Source: Podarcis erhardii
Taxonomy: Eukaryota
DNA length: 64,000 nt
Reading direction: 5' to 3' (one strand)
Assembly (NCBI GenBank): GCA_964252035.1
Contig: OZ176214.1
Positions within the stretch are counted from its first letter, which is position 1. The number at the start of each line of letters is the position of its first letter. A program made the position numbers and the translations under genes. The notes under the pieces are model-generated. The model was given only the letters and a program-made list of their open reading frames with translations, searched no databases and was not told where the DNA came from. Positions 50,441-62,200 of the stretch are shown piece after piece.

Positions 50441-51704
50441 GTAAGAATTTCTCCAGACCTTTGATGATTATCTGGGAATGGAAAAGATTATTGTTTTCTG
50501 GTGTAACTTGAGAAAAGTGGTGTGTGGTTAGAGGCCCTTGAAGCAATCTATGATCTCCCACTATTGTACTTAACTCCTCCTTTTTTGGATTGTGTGTGTG
50601 TGTGTGTGTGTGTTGCAGAATGGCAATAGATAGTTATCTTTAAGATTTGTATGCTTTTGATAGAGGGAGCATAATTTTTTTTCTTTTGTACTGAAATGAT
50701 CCCCTTTCTGTGTCAGTGTAGAGTTGAGGAGATGTGCTTCTTCCATACTCTTCTTTCCTTGGAAGAAGGCATGAGACTCTATTCTGGCTCTAAACCAGTA
50801 TTTGGACTCCATGCAGCTTCATTGCTAGATTAGCCATAAGATGAGATTACATCAGAGCTGTTCTGTGTGAGCTGGTAAACGTATAGTGAGGAAAGAGCAA
50901 AGAATGCCAAACCAAACAAAGTGAAGATAATCAGTAATGCCTTTGGGTGTTGTAGCGCTCTATACAAAACAAGGCTTGAGTGAAGGTGGAGGGGAAGAGT
51001 CTCCCATATGGTACTAGATATATTCAGAACATTATGTCCACATATGTTAGAATCAAGGAGAAGTGAAATCAAAACCCTCAGAATGACAGGGGAATTGAGA
51101 TGGTCAATTATCATCCCTACTGTATAAGATGTCCAGAGGCAACTGCAGATCTCCCTGTGCCAAGCTTACCAGGGAGCCAGATGTTAAGTTGTGAATGCTA
51201 TATTAGCTGGGCTGTGAAGACAAAAATGAGGAAAGATGATACACTGGAATAATTAGCACTTTCTTCTCTGGTTCCCTGTGTATTTTCTGAAGGCATTTCC
51301 CTTCCTTTTCTGGCTTCACCTGCATTCCCTAACACGGTCCTTGTTTGGCCAAGGTTCCCCTGCACAGAGTGGGAGTTAGGCTGGAACCTGACACTTCAAG
51401 GCATTGCAGAATGATGATTTTTGAACTATGAAAAGAACAAGCGCAATGTGTGTCTTATTTTGAGTTAAATAATTTACACCCTACTTTTTCTGCATATATT
51501 TCCAAAGCAGTTTAATGTCTACAGCTTCCCATTATTTTTCACTCGGGTATTAGGAAAGCTTGTGGACAGGTGATGGGTTAAGTTGCTGGGATGCTGCCAG
51601 GTTTCGCAAAGAAGGAGTCTAAACTGAATTGAGAGAGTGCTTACACAAAGATCTAGGTAGTGCTAGTGGAATTTACCAGAGCAGCATGCAGATAAATTGG
51701 GCCA

Positions 51705-52530
51705 TGACAGTAGTAGTAATAGTAGTAGTAGTAGTAATAATAATAGCAATAGCAATAGCAATAGTAATAATTTATTATTTATACCCTGCCCACCTGGCTG
51801 GGTTTCCCCAGCCAGTCTGGGCGGCTTCCAACAAAATATTAAAATAAAATGGTGCATCAAGCATTAAAAGCTTCCCTAAAGAGGGCTGCCTTCAGATGTC
51901 TTTTAAAAGTCTGATAGTTGTTCTTCTCTTTGACGTCTGGTGGGAGGGCGTTCCACAGGGTGGGCGCCACTACCAAGAAGGCCCTCTTCCTGGTTCCCTG
52001 TAACTTGGCTTCTCGCAGGGAGGGAACCGCCAGAAGGCCCTCGGAGCTGGACCTGAGTGTCCGGGCTGCACAATGGGGGTGGAGACGCTCTTTCAGGTAT
52101 ACTGGGCCGAGGCCATTTAGGGCTTTAGAGGTCAGCACCAACACTTTGAATTATGCTTGGAAACATTCTGGGAGCCAATGTAGGTCTTTCAAGACTGGTG
52201 TTATGTAGTCTCGGCAGCCGTTCCCAGTCACCAGTCTAGCTGCCGCATTTTGGATTAGTTGTAGTTTCCAGGTCACCTTCAAAGGTAACCCCATGTAGAG
52301 CACAGTAGTCCAAGCGGCAGTAGTCCAAGCGGGAGATAACCAGAGCATGCACCACTTTGGCGAGACAGTGGGCAGGCAGGTAGGGTCAGCCTGTGTATCA
52401 GATGGAGCTGGTAGACAGCTGCCCTGGACACAAAATTGACTTGCACCTCCATGGACAGCTGTGAGTCCAGAATGACTCCTAGGCTGCGCACCTGGTCCTC
52501 CAGGGGCACAGTTACCCCATTCAGGACCAG
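51705..52530 (-). mobile_element. L2 LINE 3' fragment with microsatellite tail
   Basis: PLEDQVRSLGVILDSQLSME.., LPLKVTWKLQLIQNAAARLVTG, LERLHPH..ARTLRSS. Confidence 0.9.
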
Positions 52531-53728
52531 TAGTGAATGGAATGGAATAGACCCGGCATAGTTGGAGGCACATGGGAGTCAGAGGGATTCAGGTTGTGAG
52601 AAGGAGGCCGGCAATCTCTGAGCACTGGCATCTGTAGAAACAGTGTGCTGTGGAGCTGTATGGCACAGGCAGCTAGTTCCTGTTGTGTAGGACCAATGGG
52701 ATGACTTGTCATTGCTCTCCAATCCTGGCTCATCATTTCTTGAGCTTGGAATTGAGAGGTCAGCTTGGCCTGAGGAAGGCATTTCTGGTGGATGGAAGTT
52801 GCTGTGCTAGCAAGACACCCACTTGATCTGCAGCATCCTTTTCTTCAATACCCAAGACTCCTGGCACCAAATTTGATCATTTTTCTTCTCTAGAATCCCT
52901 GACAAGGACTTGCCTTGCAGGACACTGGTGGATTTGCAGCTGTCCACAAACTCGTTTTACTGCGTAATACACTTTGTTGGAAAGCATTGTGAAAAATTAC
53001 AGACAGCAGTCACTGCTGGTCAAACACTTGCATGCATGCTGCTCAAAGCATGGTAGAAAGTCAGTTTGATAAATAATATTGCGTTGCAAAGGCATGAGGG
53101 ATCTATTAGTAGTTGTTGCCTACCGGGCATTCCTTTCAAATGTATCCAAGTTTTTGACTGAAAGTTCCAACCAAATCTGACAGATTTTGCCCAAGATGTA
53201 TATAATTCAGCTCTGAAGAGATGAACATACCACAGCAAAGATCTAAATGTCAACTTGAGATGCAGTTTTTAATGACATGATGCAGGTCAGCGTTTTTTGA
53301 TAATTTGGTTCAGGTGCCAGATTTTTCCCACAGAGTCTATGAGGGCAGAGTTGTTCAAGGATTTGTTTAGAGGCAAGGGGACTGCTTCAGTCTGTCTGTC
53401 AGCATCAGCAATTGGAATGCGCTTTGATCGGTCCTGCACAGCTAATAACATGTCAAATAAATATCTGCAACTCATTTCTTGTTAATTGATGGCTCCCTGG
53501 ACAATTGCTCTTACAAATATATACACACTGAAGGCTGTTTTGCTATGCTGTACAAAAGCAGAGGTAGGGATAATGTATACTTATGCAAAAATTTCATACT
53601 TGTACAGTTTATCCAAGAGAAAACAAGTTAGCTTATGTTCTGCAGTCTTTGGGATGTATTGCAGGGTTGCTCTATGGAAACGAGTAAAGTTATACCATTA
53701 ACTCCCAACTAGACTCTGCCCTGAGACA

Positions 53729-53734
<6 letters not shown>

Positions 53735-53771
<37 letters not shown>
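53735..53771. repeat. (AC)n microsatellite. Other simple repeats include (TG)n 4890-4918, (CAG)n ~8488-8510, (GTT)n ~35769-35798 and (TG)n ~50591-50612.
   Basis: Read directly from the sequence. Confidence 0.9.
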
Positions 53772-53774
<3 letters not shown>

Positions 53775-53949
53775 CTCTGAAGTGTGCTTTGAAACTTCAG
53801 TTTTTCATCTGTACAGTTAAACAAGTTGGGTATTATTTGGTTTGCTTTATTTGCTGTTGTTTCAGGAAATGCCTCTCTCTTTGAATACAGGCCCCATCAG
53901 ATAGAGATAGTTAGGCTTACAAGAAGAGCAATCATATTTATAAATGTTA

Positions 53950-54309
53950 GGTAAAGGTAAAGGTACCCCTGCCCGTACGGGCCAGTTGTGTCCGACTCTG
54001 GGGTTGCGCGCCCATCTGACTTAAGAGGCCGGGGGCCAGCGCTGTCCGAAGACACTTCCGGGTCACGTGGCCAGAGTGACAAGCTGCATCTGGCAAGCCA
54101 GCGCAGCACACGGAAACGCCGTTTACCTTCCCGCTAGTAAGCGGTCCCTGTTTATCTACTTGCACCCGGGGGTGCTTTCGAACTGCTAGGTTGGCAGGCG
54201 CTGGGACCGAGCAACAGGAGCGCACCCCGCCGCAGGGATTCGAACTGCCGACCTGACGATTGGCAAGTCCTAGGCGCTGAGGTTTTACCCACAGCGCCAC
54301 CTGCATCCC
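53950..54309 (-). mobile_element. Full-length Sauria SINE (a second subfamily)
   Basis: Family match plus a 13-bp TSD TTTAT(A/G)AATGTTA (53937-53949, 54310-54322). Confidence 0.92.
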
Positions 54310-54805
54310 TTTATGAATGTTACTTATGGTAATATATAAAGTTGCAGCTTTTGTCACAAATGAAGAAACTTATTTTTCAGTTGTTTAAAAGGAAATATAC
54401 CATTTTTAAGTGTTCAGTCATTACAATAGATAGAGCCATTCTGATATACTGTAATCTAAACATATTAGTGAGAAAAGGTGAAGACCTCATCTCAGTGAAG
54501 TAGTAAGCCTGTGGTTCATGTCTGGGGTATTTGGGTGTGTGGGTGGTTCAGAGAGGTGTACATTAATCTGTTTTGGTCTGTAAGCTTGCCTTGTAGCCAC
54601 CTCTCCTTCTGGGAATGTTATCCCTGCAAGGCTCTTCATTCTGTGTCCCTCGATTCCACCTCTTCACGCACCAAACCTGTATTTACATTTTCTATGCATT
54701 GTACTTAGAACAAGATTGTCATTTACAGAACAGAAGAAGCAAGGGCTGTGTTAATTATTGTGTTACAACATATTGTTTCTTATTTGGAGACAGGGGAGAA
54801 GAAAT

Positions 54806-54957
54806 TTAGATAGCACAGTCGGTAGAGCATGAGATTCTTAACCTCAGGGTTGTGGGTTCAAGCCTCACCCTGGGCAAAGTATTCCTGCATTGCGGGGGGT
54901 TGGACTAGATGACCCTTGTGGTCCCTCCCTTCCAACTTTACAATATTCTACGATTCC
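54806..54957 (+). mobile_element. tRNA-Lys(CTT)-derived SINE with CR1-like tail
   Basis: tagcacagtcggtagagcatgagattcttaacctcagggttgtgggttcaagc (A and B boxes), followed by gggttggactagatgaccctt...ccaact, a CR1 3' end. Confidence 0.8.
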
Positions 54958-56204
54958 GTGAAAAAAGAACCAGTTTTAAGTTTTGCATTAAATTTCTATG
55001 CTTACTATGTTAATCAAGGAAACCTTAGTCATTGGGAATTAGTCCTATAAAAAGTCGTGGCTGTGGGGGTGGGGTGGGTGAATGTGGAGCACTTCCTAAA
55101 CAGCCAGGAGAGTAAAAGCAGCTAGTAATGTGGCTCTAAACATCAGCTGGCCTGCCAGCATCACTCTGTCCCGTTAGTGGCCACTTGCATTTTTGCATGC
55201 CTGTCACTGACAGCGTTGCTCTGCATATACATCAGGCATTTGCTTCCATCAAACTTTTCAGCAGCATTTACAAAATGAGAGGATAGCAGTCGTCTGAGCC
55301 AGAGTGTTTATGTGCATTAGAGGATGAAGCTGGAGTGAAGGTTCTGCAGGTTTTTTCCCCCATGTCAAAAGGCAGAAATTTCAAACAACCCTATTAGTAT
55401 ACAAATGCACTCGCTGGCATTGTTTCTTGTGGGTGCAGGAATTCCAGATAAATGTGGTACTTGGAAAGAACATGAGTCTGAGTGGGGAGCTCTGGAGGCA
55501 GAGTTTGGTCCTGAATGCCTGGATGGGAAAGCTGCATTTAATGAAGCACACAATAGCGGGAGGCATAATAAGGAGCTGGCCAGAATTGTGACTGGAAAGG
55601 AAGGCACTTGGGTGCATAAGACGGCACTTAAAGTGTTCTTGGTAAAATTGTAGTTTCATAGCTGCTCAGTGAGGATTTATTTTAGTCCTTCATTTTCTGG
55701 GCAGTATCCAAAAGGTCAGAACTTGCCTTTTTGGTTTGATTTAACATTGTGATGCTGCTTTATAACAAGCAGGTTCATAAAAGTTAACAGCAAAAATAAC
55801 AACAAATAGAATTTCAAAGCTAGAACCAATTTCCATTAAAAAATATTAACAGCAACGTTAATGTAATATCAGTCAACAGTATATAAATATTAACAGATTT
55901 ATTTATCTGTTTTAGAAAAGGCAAATAATATCCCAATCAAATAATCATTTCCAATTGTTTATGCAACTGACTCTCCAATTCCTCTGTGGTTGCTGTTTGA
56001 CTGGGGCACATGAAATAAGCATTGTGAGGTCCTCATGCACCCACAAAACCTCCTTGTTTGTCATGTCCACATTAAGCCTACAAGATGTAGGTGCGAAATG
56101 TTTTTGGTGTTCATTTTATTCCAAATTGATCATATTCTGGAGATGATTGTTCCTCATTTTTAGTATGAGTGTGATGCTACACTTATTTTTTTAAATAATG
56201 ATTA

Positions 56205-56452
56205 CCGTATTTTTTGCTCTATAAGACTCACTTTTTCCCTCCTAAAAAGTAAGGGGAAATGTGTGTGCGTCTTATAGAGCGAATGCAGGCTGCGCAGCTA
56301 TCCCAGAAGCCAGAACAGCAAGAGGGATTGCTGTTTTCACTGCGCAGCAATCCTTCTTGCTGTTCTGGCTTCTGGGATTCAGAATATTTCCCCCCCTTGT
56401 TTTCCTCCTCCAAAAACTAGGTGCGTCTTGTGGTCTAGAGCGAAAAATACGG
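56205..56452. mobile_element. Tc1/mariner (Tc2/pogo-like) MITE
   Basis: TA-ccgtattttttgctctataagac...gtctagagcgaaaaatacgg-TA. Confidence 0.9.
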
Positions 56453-56518
56453 TACTAGCTTTTTGTAGTGAAGGACACTCAAGACAACATACAGAAACAA
56501 AAACCGTATCAAGGTGCA

Positions 56519-56562
<44 letters not shown>

Positions 56563-56658
56563 GCGTCTTGTGGTCTAGAGCGAAAAATACGGTACTAGCT
56601 TTTTGTAGTGAAGGACACTCAAGACAACATACAGAAACAAAAACCGTATCAAGGTGCA

Positions 56659-56692
<34 letters not shown>
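56421..56692. repeat. Two-copy tandem duplication (~140 bp) ending in (TTG)n
   Basis: 56421-56520 is identical to 56561-56660, followed by (TTG)13 and (TTG)10 respectively. Confidence 0.95.
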
Positions 56693-56693
<1 letters not shown>

Positions 56694-57480
56694 ATTATTT
56701 TTTCATATTTTGAGAAAGAAAACATACTTTTTTAAACACATGCGTACATATACACACAGACCTATACACTTATTTTCACAAAACCCTATTCGTCAATACC
56801 TTTATGGGGGTTCACTGAACCCCAGGACTTCCACCCCTCCCCCGGCTTCCAGAATTCTTCCCCTTTTAACTGCCTTGTACTTTACTTTATTACTTTATCT
56901 AACTTTGTTATACTCCATTTTTATCCTTTGTTAATTTAAAATACAAGCATTATGTGAGTCCTGCTAATGTTTTTAAACTCTTACAGTGTTCTTTAATGTA
57001 TTCAATAAAGTTGTACCATTCTCTACTGAGGTAATTTGTATGTTATGTCCCACATCTTTTGCTCAATGAATCATTACAGATTTTACTTCCTCATCTTTTG
57101 TTTTCTACTCCAGCCCCAATTTATACATTCTTGACAGAAATTTTTCATTATTTTCCAACAGTTCTCTCTGCAATCTTGAAAATTCTTTACCAAAACCAGC
57201 TCCTTTATCCAGCCTAAAATGTAACTTAATTGATTATATCGGAGCCAATCAGTTAACAAGTGTCTTATATCTTCTTCTTTTTTTTACATTCAATTGATTT
57301 TCTTCCTCCTCAATTAACAATTCTCTATATGTTGCCCATACCTTTTCCATATTAGTTATTTTTCCTGACAACACTTCTAACGGTGATAGCCACCATGGGG
57401 TTTTGTTCTCTCATAGGTTCTTGTATTTTTCTCATGCAGCATAAATTGACTTTCTGATAAGATGGTTTAAAAATCCCTCA
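56693..57480 (-). mobile_element. L1-like LINE 3' fragment
   Basis: Similar to the reverse complement of the L1 at 6.8-8.0 kb (e.g. ccatggtggctatcaccgttagaag on the - strand) and to the 44.0-44.2 kb segment. Confidence 0.7.
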
Positions 57481-57639
57481 TGGATTTCCCCCTAACTTTG
57501 AGGGGGTTGGTGACACTGAGAAGTCCACCATCAGACTCTTGCCTTCCCTGCTTCATTCACACCTGTGAGCCATTATTACACACTGGTGTTCTGTACATTC
57601 ATCATATAGTGATTGTCCTTCTACTCTGTCTATTTGCAG

Positions 57640-57750
57640 CAATTGAACCACCCCAACATAATCAAGTATTTGGATTCATTTATTGAGGACAATGAACTTA
57701 ACATTGTATTGGAACTGGCAGATGCAGGTGACCTCTCTCAGATGATTAAG
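57640..57750 (+). CDS. NEK6: NEK6 coding exon: [37 protein letters not shown]
   Basis: tatttgcAG| acceptor and AAG|GTAAGG donor, 111 nt, phase 0. Matches human NEK6 as recalled, and differs from NEK7 (NVIKYYAS...SRMIK). Confidence 0.98.
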
Positions 57751-58225
57751 GTAAGGAGAAGCCTTATTCTCGAGGCCACACAATTACTTTGCTAAAGTAA
57801 AGTAAAACTTTCAAAAGTGGAATCAAGGGTACATGGGGAAATGGAGCACTTAAAAGTCAGCCCAGGGTGGTGCATTTGTCATATAAGAAACTAGAAAAAA
57901 CTTCCCCATTTCTGTTACTGACTTCTAGCAGGAAGCAGCTGGAGGGCTGAGCAGCCAAGTGCCCTTTTCCCAGCCTCGGATCAGAGTTATAACTTGCTAT
58001 AATCTTAATAATTTGGGCCAATGCTAGTGAATTAATTTATAAAGTATTAAAAACCACTGGATCACAAATCTCTCTAAGTTTCATACATCATAAAATAGTA
58101 GATGCAGCCAGCTGTAATTCACAGAACAATTAAATATGCATAAAATAATTATCAAAACACTGATAAGAATCAATGAAATGTTTAACAACGAGTATAGGTA
58201 ACTAATTTGTATGCCTGGGTAAAAA

Positions 58226-58433
58226 AGGTAAAAGATAAAGGACCTCTGGACGCTTAAGTCCAGTCAAAGGCGACTATGGGGCTCAGTGCTCACCTCGCTT
58301 GTCAGGCCAAGGGAACCGGCGTTTGTCCACAGGCAGCTTTCCATGTCATGTGGCCAGCAGGACTAAACCACTCTGACGCAACGGGACACTGTGATGGAAG
58401 CCAGAGTGCACGGAAACACCGTTTACCTTCCTG
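58226..58433 (-). mobile_element. 5'-truncated, diverged Sauria SINE
   Basis: ggtaaaagataaaggacc...gcacggaaacaccgtttaccttcc. Confidence 0.8.
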
Positions 58434-59124
58434 CCTGAGATAAAAAAAAAAGGTGTCCAGCAGGTTTCTGAAATGTTACAGCCAAAGTGTCTGAGTGTCT
58501 GCCTCATGTCTATTGGCAGAGAGTTCTAAGGCACAGGCGCCGCCATGCCAAAACATTGGCTCCTTGCAAATGAATGAAGATTAAGCGGCACTTAGAAGAG
58601 GGCAAGTTCTGCAGGTTGAAGCAGTCAAATAAGTAAATATGAGGCAAGGTGATTTCTCAAGGAAAACTGGTTCCGAGCACCATGGGCTTTATATAGCCAT
58701 AGTAAAACCTTGGACTTGGCCTAGTAACAAATTGGCAGCCATTAAACTATGAAAGGCAGTTACCCTCTTTGACCGCATAACTTTTTCTGTACTGATATTC
58801 AGTTGATGGGCACTTCTAATTCTTAGGCAGCTACTGAAAGCTTTTCCAACGGCTCTTGACCTTCTTTGCTTTAAGGCCTGAGACTTCGGGGGGGGGGGGT
58901 TCTTTCCCTGTGCTGTTCTCAGGAATCCTTGTGTGGTGGAACCTGCTTCAGCTCAGCTGTTGTCACCTGGTTTTCAATCGTTTCTTACATGTTAATCTGG
59001 AGACAGGCATTCCCTGTGAGAACAGATGTAGCCGCTCATATTTCCCCCCGTTATGCCGCCACTGATCTGACATTATCATAAATGATCGTTTTAGAAAGCT
59101 CACCACATGCCAAGAAAACCCCAG

Positions 59125-60520
59125 CTTATATTGAATGAATGAATCTCTGTTTGCATCAGCCATAGCAATAAAACAACAATACGATATACAAAGAATAGAA
59201 ATAAAAAGTCAATTATATAAAATACATTTTCGGGTTTTGAATCAATAGTCAAATAGTGGATCTTATTCTGATTGCCCCAGCTAAAAGCCTTGCCACCTTT
59301 GCTGTCACCTGCTCATCTTGATCTGCCAAGAGAAAGGGCAATGTGGCCGTGGCTGGGTGACCTGGAATGGACAATAAAAGAGGACTGATAACCTCATTCC
59401 TCAAGTCTTTATAAAGAGGGCAAGCCAGAAGGGCATGCGCCACCGATTCGGTACTGCCATCTCCACAGGAATGCCATCTCCACAGTACTGCCATCTCCAC
59501 AGGGATGCCATCTCCACAGTACTGCCATCTCCAAATAAGCGTTTTTCGTGTGGAATCTGTTGGAATCGTCCCTCCAGTAGAGCCAAGGGCAAGACATTCA
59601 AAATTGCGAGAGTAAAAGCGCGTCTATATTTTAGAATTGCTAGGTTATGCAGATAGGGTGCCAGAGAGTCGAAGGTGGAAAATAGTCATACTATGGGCAA
59701 AATTTCCTTATTGTGGCCAAGTTGTTTTGACGCTCAGTATCATTTAGGCGCTGACAAGTTAGACTGTTTGCTTTACTAAAACCCAAAGTGAGTAATTGTG
59801 GTGGTGATAACCCACAAGAGTGAAGTTTTTGATAGACAATTTTAGTCCAGGGGCTCTTGTGACAATCTTACAGCACTAGGGATATTAGACCAGGGGGATT
59901 TGAGTTTAGGCAAAGCCAATAGTTAAGTGTCCTACGCCAGATCCATAATTCTACCGAGGGAAGATTAGCCTCTAGCTGCAATGAGGTGTTTGGACACAGG
60001 GTGGTACAGAGAAAATTTGCCTTAAGAACTTTGATTGGACAGCTTCTGTAGATCCAAGGGAAGTGCCTGTCCAAATCTGAGCCCCATGCAATAACTGTGC
60101 TAGGGGTTTAGCTTGGAACATGAAGAAGCATGTCAGAATTTTGGTGCTTTCGGACGCTTTTTCTTTTGCAAATTTCTGGTGTGCTCCCCGTGACCCTGTA
60201 GACTGGGAAATAAGGCCAAGATATTGGAAAGCTTTGACCTGTTCAGTTAGCTGGTTGTCCATGCACCATCTATAGTTTCTGGAGAAAACCATGGCTTTGG
60301 TTTTCTTGTAATTCACGGTCAGCTATTCTCTCTGGCAGTATCCTGAAAATGTTCTCATAGGTCTTTTTAGGCCTACTTTTGTTTGGGATAGAAGAACCAC
60401 ATCATCTGCATATAATCGAATTAAGATGGGTTTTGTGGCCAATTTAGGGGCATGATACAGCTTATGAATTGATGAAGGCTGCGTAGAGCACACCATGTGG
60501 TTTCTTAGCATACTTGTCTC
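59125..60520 (-). mobile_element. Decayed non-LTR retrotransposon (RTE-X-like; clade tentative) with (ATTC)n tail
   Basis: RLYADDVVLLSQT..GL.R (RT motif), NYKKTK.MVF, EQVK.FQYLG, and the C-terminal knuckle CGDGS.ESVAH.LL.CPLY.DLR. Confidence 0.75.
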
Positions 60521-61199
60521 TGAGATGTGCTAGGACAAAGCAATGATCTAGGGTGGATCTGCCCTGCCTAAATCCTGCTTGCTCTTCAGCAATAATAACC
60601 TCATCATCTGTCCTGATGGCTAGTTTGTTATAGAGGGGCTTTCCAGCTTATAATTTTATAACCACGCTTGGGCAAAGCCAGGTCAGTTCCACTAATATAA
60701 TAATAATGAGCAGCAACCATATGGGATGCTGCACATGCACAGTCTGTACAGGATGCTGCACATGCGCACTCCGTAAGGGCTGCTGCTTGCATGTGGCAGC
60801 TGTATAGGCTGCCACTTGTACGGAGTCCGTACGGGCTTTCACTTGCAGGACGACTGTGCAGGTTGCTGCACCAGTGGCATCCCGTACAGACTGCGCATGT
60901 GTGGCATCCCATACGGAGTGAGCATGCGCACCAGCCCATACAGTCGCTGTGCAAGAGGCAGCCTGTATGGAAGCCTGTATGGATGGTGCACGAGAGCGGC
61001 AGCCCACACGGACACCGCACGAGCTGTGCCCATATGGACTGTGCGCGCATTTAGCCGATCTACCACCTGGGAAGGCAGGGGCCATCTTATCAACCGGCAA
61101 AGAGTGGCAACTGGGGTGGCCCATCCCCTCTGCCCCACACTTCATTCACCCCTGGGCGCCTCAAGCTCCATAAATAAATAAACCTGGAAAAATGAAGAT

Positions 61200-61560
61200 T
61201 AACTTCAACCAGAGCCAGGGCCTTTTCAACTCTGGCTCCGGCCTGGTGGAACGCTCTGCCTCATGAGACCAGGGTTTTGCAGGATCTGATTTCTTTCCGC
61301 AGGGCCTATAAGACAGAGTTGTTCCGCCTGGCCTTTGGCTTGGAGCCAATTTGATTCCCTCCCTCCCTCTCTTTTTTTTTCTTTTCCTTCTCCTCCTGCG
61401 ATGAGGCTACATTTTAATGTTTTAATATTTTAATGTTTCAATATTTTAATGTTGTATTTTAATTTTGTTTTTAAGTTGTAATCATTCAACTTGTTTTTAT
61501 TAGTGCTTGTAAGCCGCCCTGAGCCCGGCCTTGGCTGGGGAGGGCGGGGTATAAATAAAA

Positions 61561-61600
<40 letters not shown>
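61200..61600 (+). mobile_element. L2 3' end (second family)
   Basis: agggccttttc..ggctccggcctggtggaacgctctgcc...gtaagccgccctgag...ggcggggtataaataaa(att)n. Confidence 0.8.
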
Positions 61601-61611
<11 letters not shown>

Positions 61612-62200
61612 CCCCGCCTATCTGGCTGGGCTTCCCCAGCCACTCTGGGCAGCTTCCAACAAAATATTTAAATACAGTAATGCATCAAACATGAAAAGCT
61701 TCCCTAAACAGGGCTTCCTTCAGATGTCTTCTAAAAGTCTGGTGGTAGTTGTTCTCTTTGATATCTGGTGGGAGGGCCTTCTACAGGGTGGGTGCCACTA
61801 CCGAGAAGGCCCTCTGCCTGGTTCCCTGTAACTTGGCTTCTCGCAGGGAGGGAACTGCTAGAAGGCCCTTGGCACTGGATCTCAGTGTCTGGGCAAAATG
61901 ATGGGGGTGGAGACGCTCCTTCAGGTATACTGGGCCCTTTAGGGCTTTCAAGTCAACATCGACACTTTGAATTCTGCTCAGAAACGTACTGAGAGCCAAT
62001 ATATATTCAAGACTGATGTTATGTGGTTTCGGCAGCCTCCCCCAGTCACCAGTCTAGCCGCTTCATTCTGGATTAGTTGTAGTTTCCGCATCACCTTCAA
62101 AGGTAGCCCCACATAGAGCGCATTGCAGTAGCCCAAAACTAGAGCATGCACCACTCCGGCGAGACAGTCTGAGGGCAGGTAGGGTCTCAGCCGTTCATCA
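61601..62200 (-). mobile_element. L2 3' fragment
   Basis: HALVLGYCNALYVGLPLKVMRKLQLIQNEAARLVTG and LKERLHPHH.AQTLRSS. Confidence 0.9.

Noticed and set aside
50830-51114. Antisense ORF with a hydrophobic stretch (KALLIIFTLFGLAFFALSSLYVY)
   Set aside because: T-rich antisense sequence readily yields such peptides. I recognise no homolog and see no convincing exon structure. A tBLASTn hit in other reptiles would reopen it.
54806-54878. Apparent tRNA-Lys(CTT) gene
   Set aside because: The acceptor and T stems are damaged, it runs straight into a CR1-like tail, and a reverse copy lies at ~4.0 kb. It is a SINE head, not a functional tRNA.
55405-55653. 82-aa ORF with an acceptor-like site, lying between NEK6 exons 4 and 5
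   Set aside because: It has no kinase similarity. Exons 4 and 5 already join into the uninterrupted conserved sequence ...IDLLK|QLNHP...
60710-61040. CRISPR-like reading of the repeat/spacer array, or a beta-keratin-like reading of GSLYGSLYG
   Set aside because: The context is a eukaryotic intron with no cas genes, the cores are only 8 bp and the spacers are related to one another. The PYG/LYG peptides appear on both strands because the core is palindromic. It is kept as a finding only as an unexplained array.
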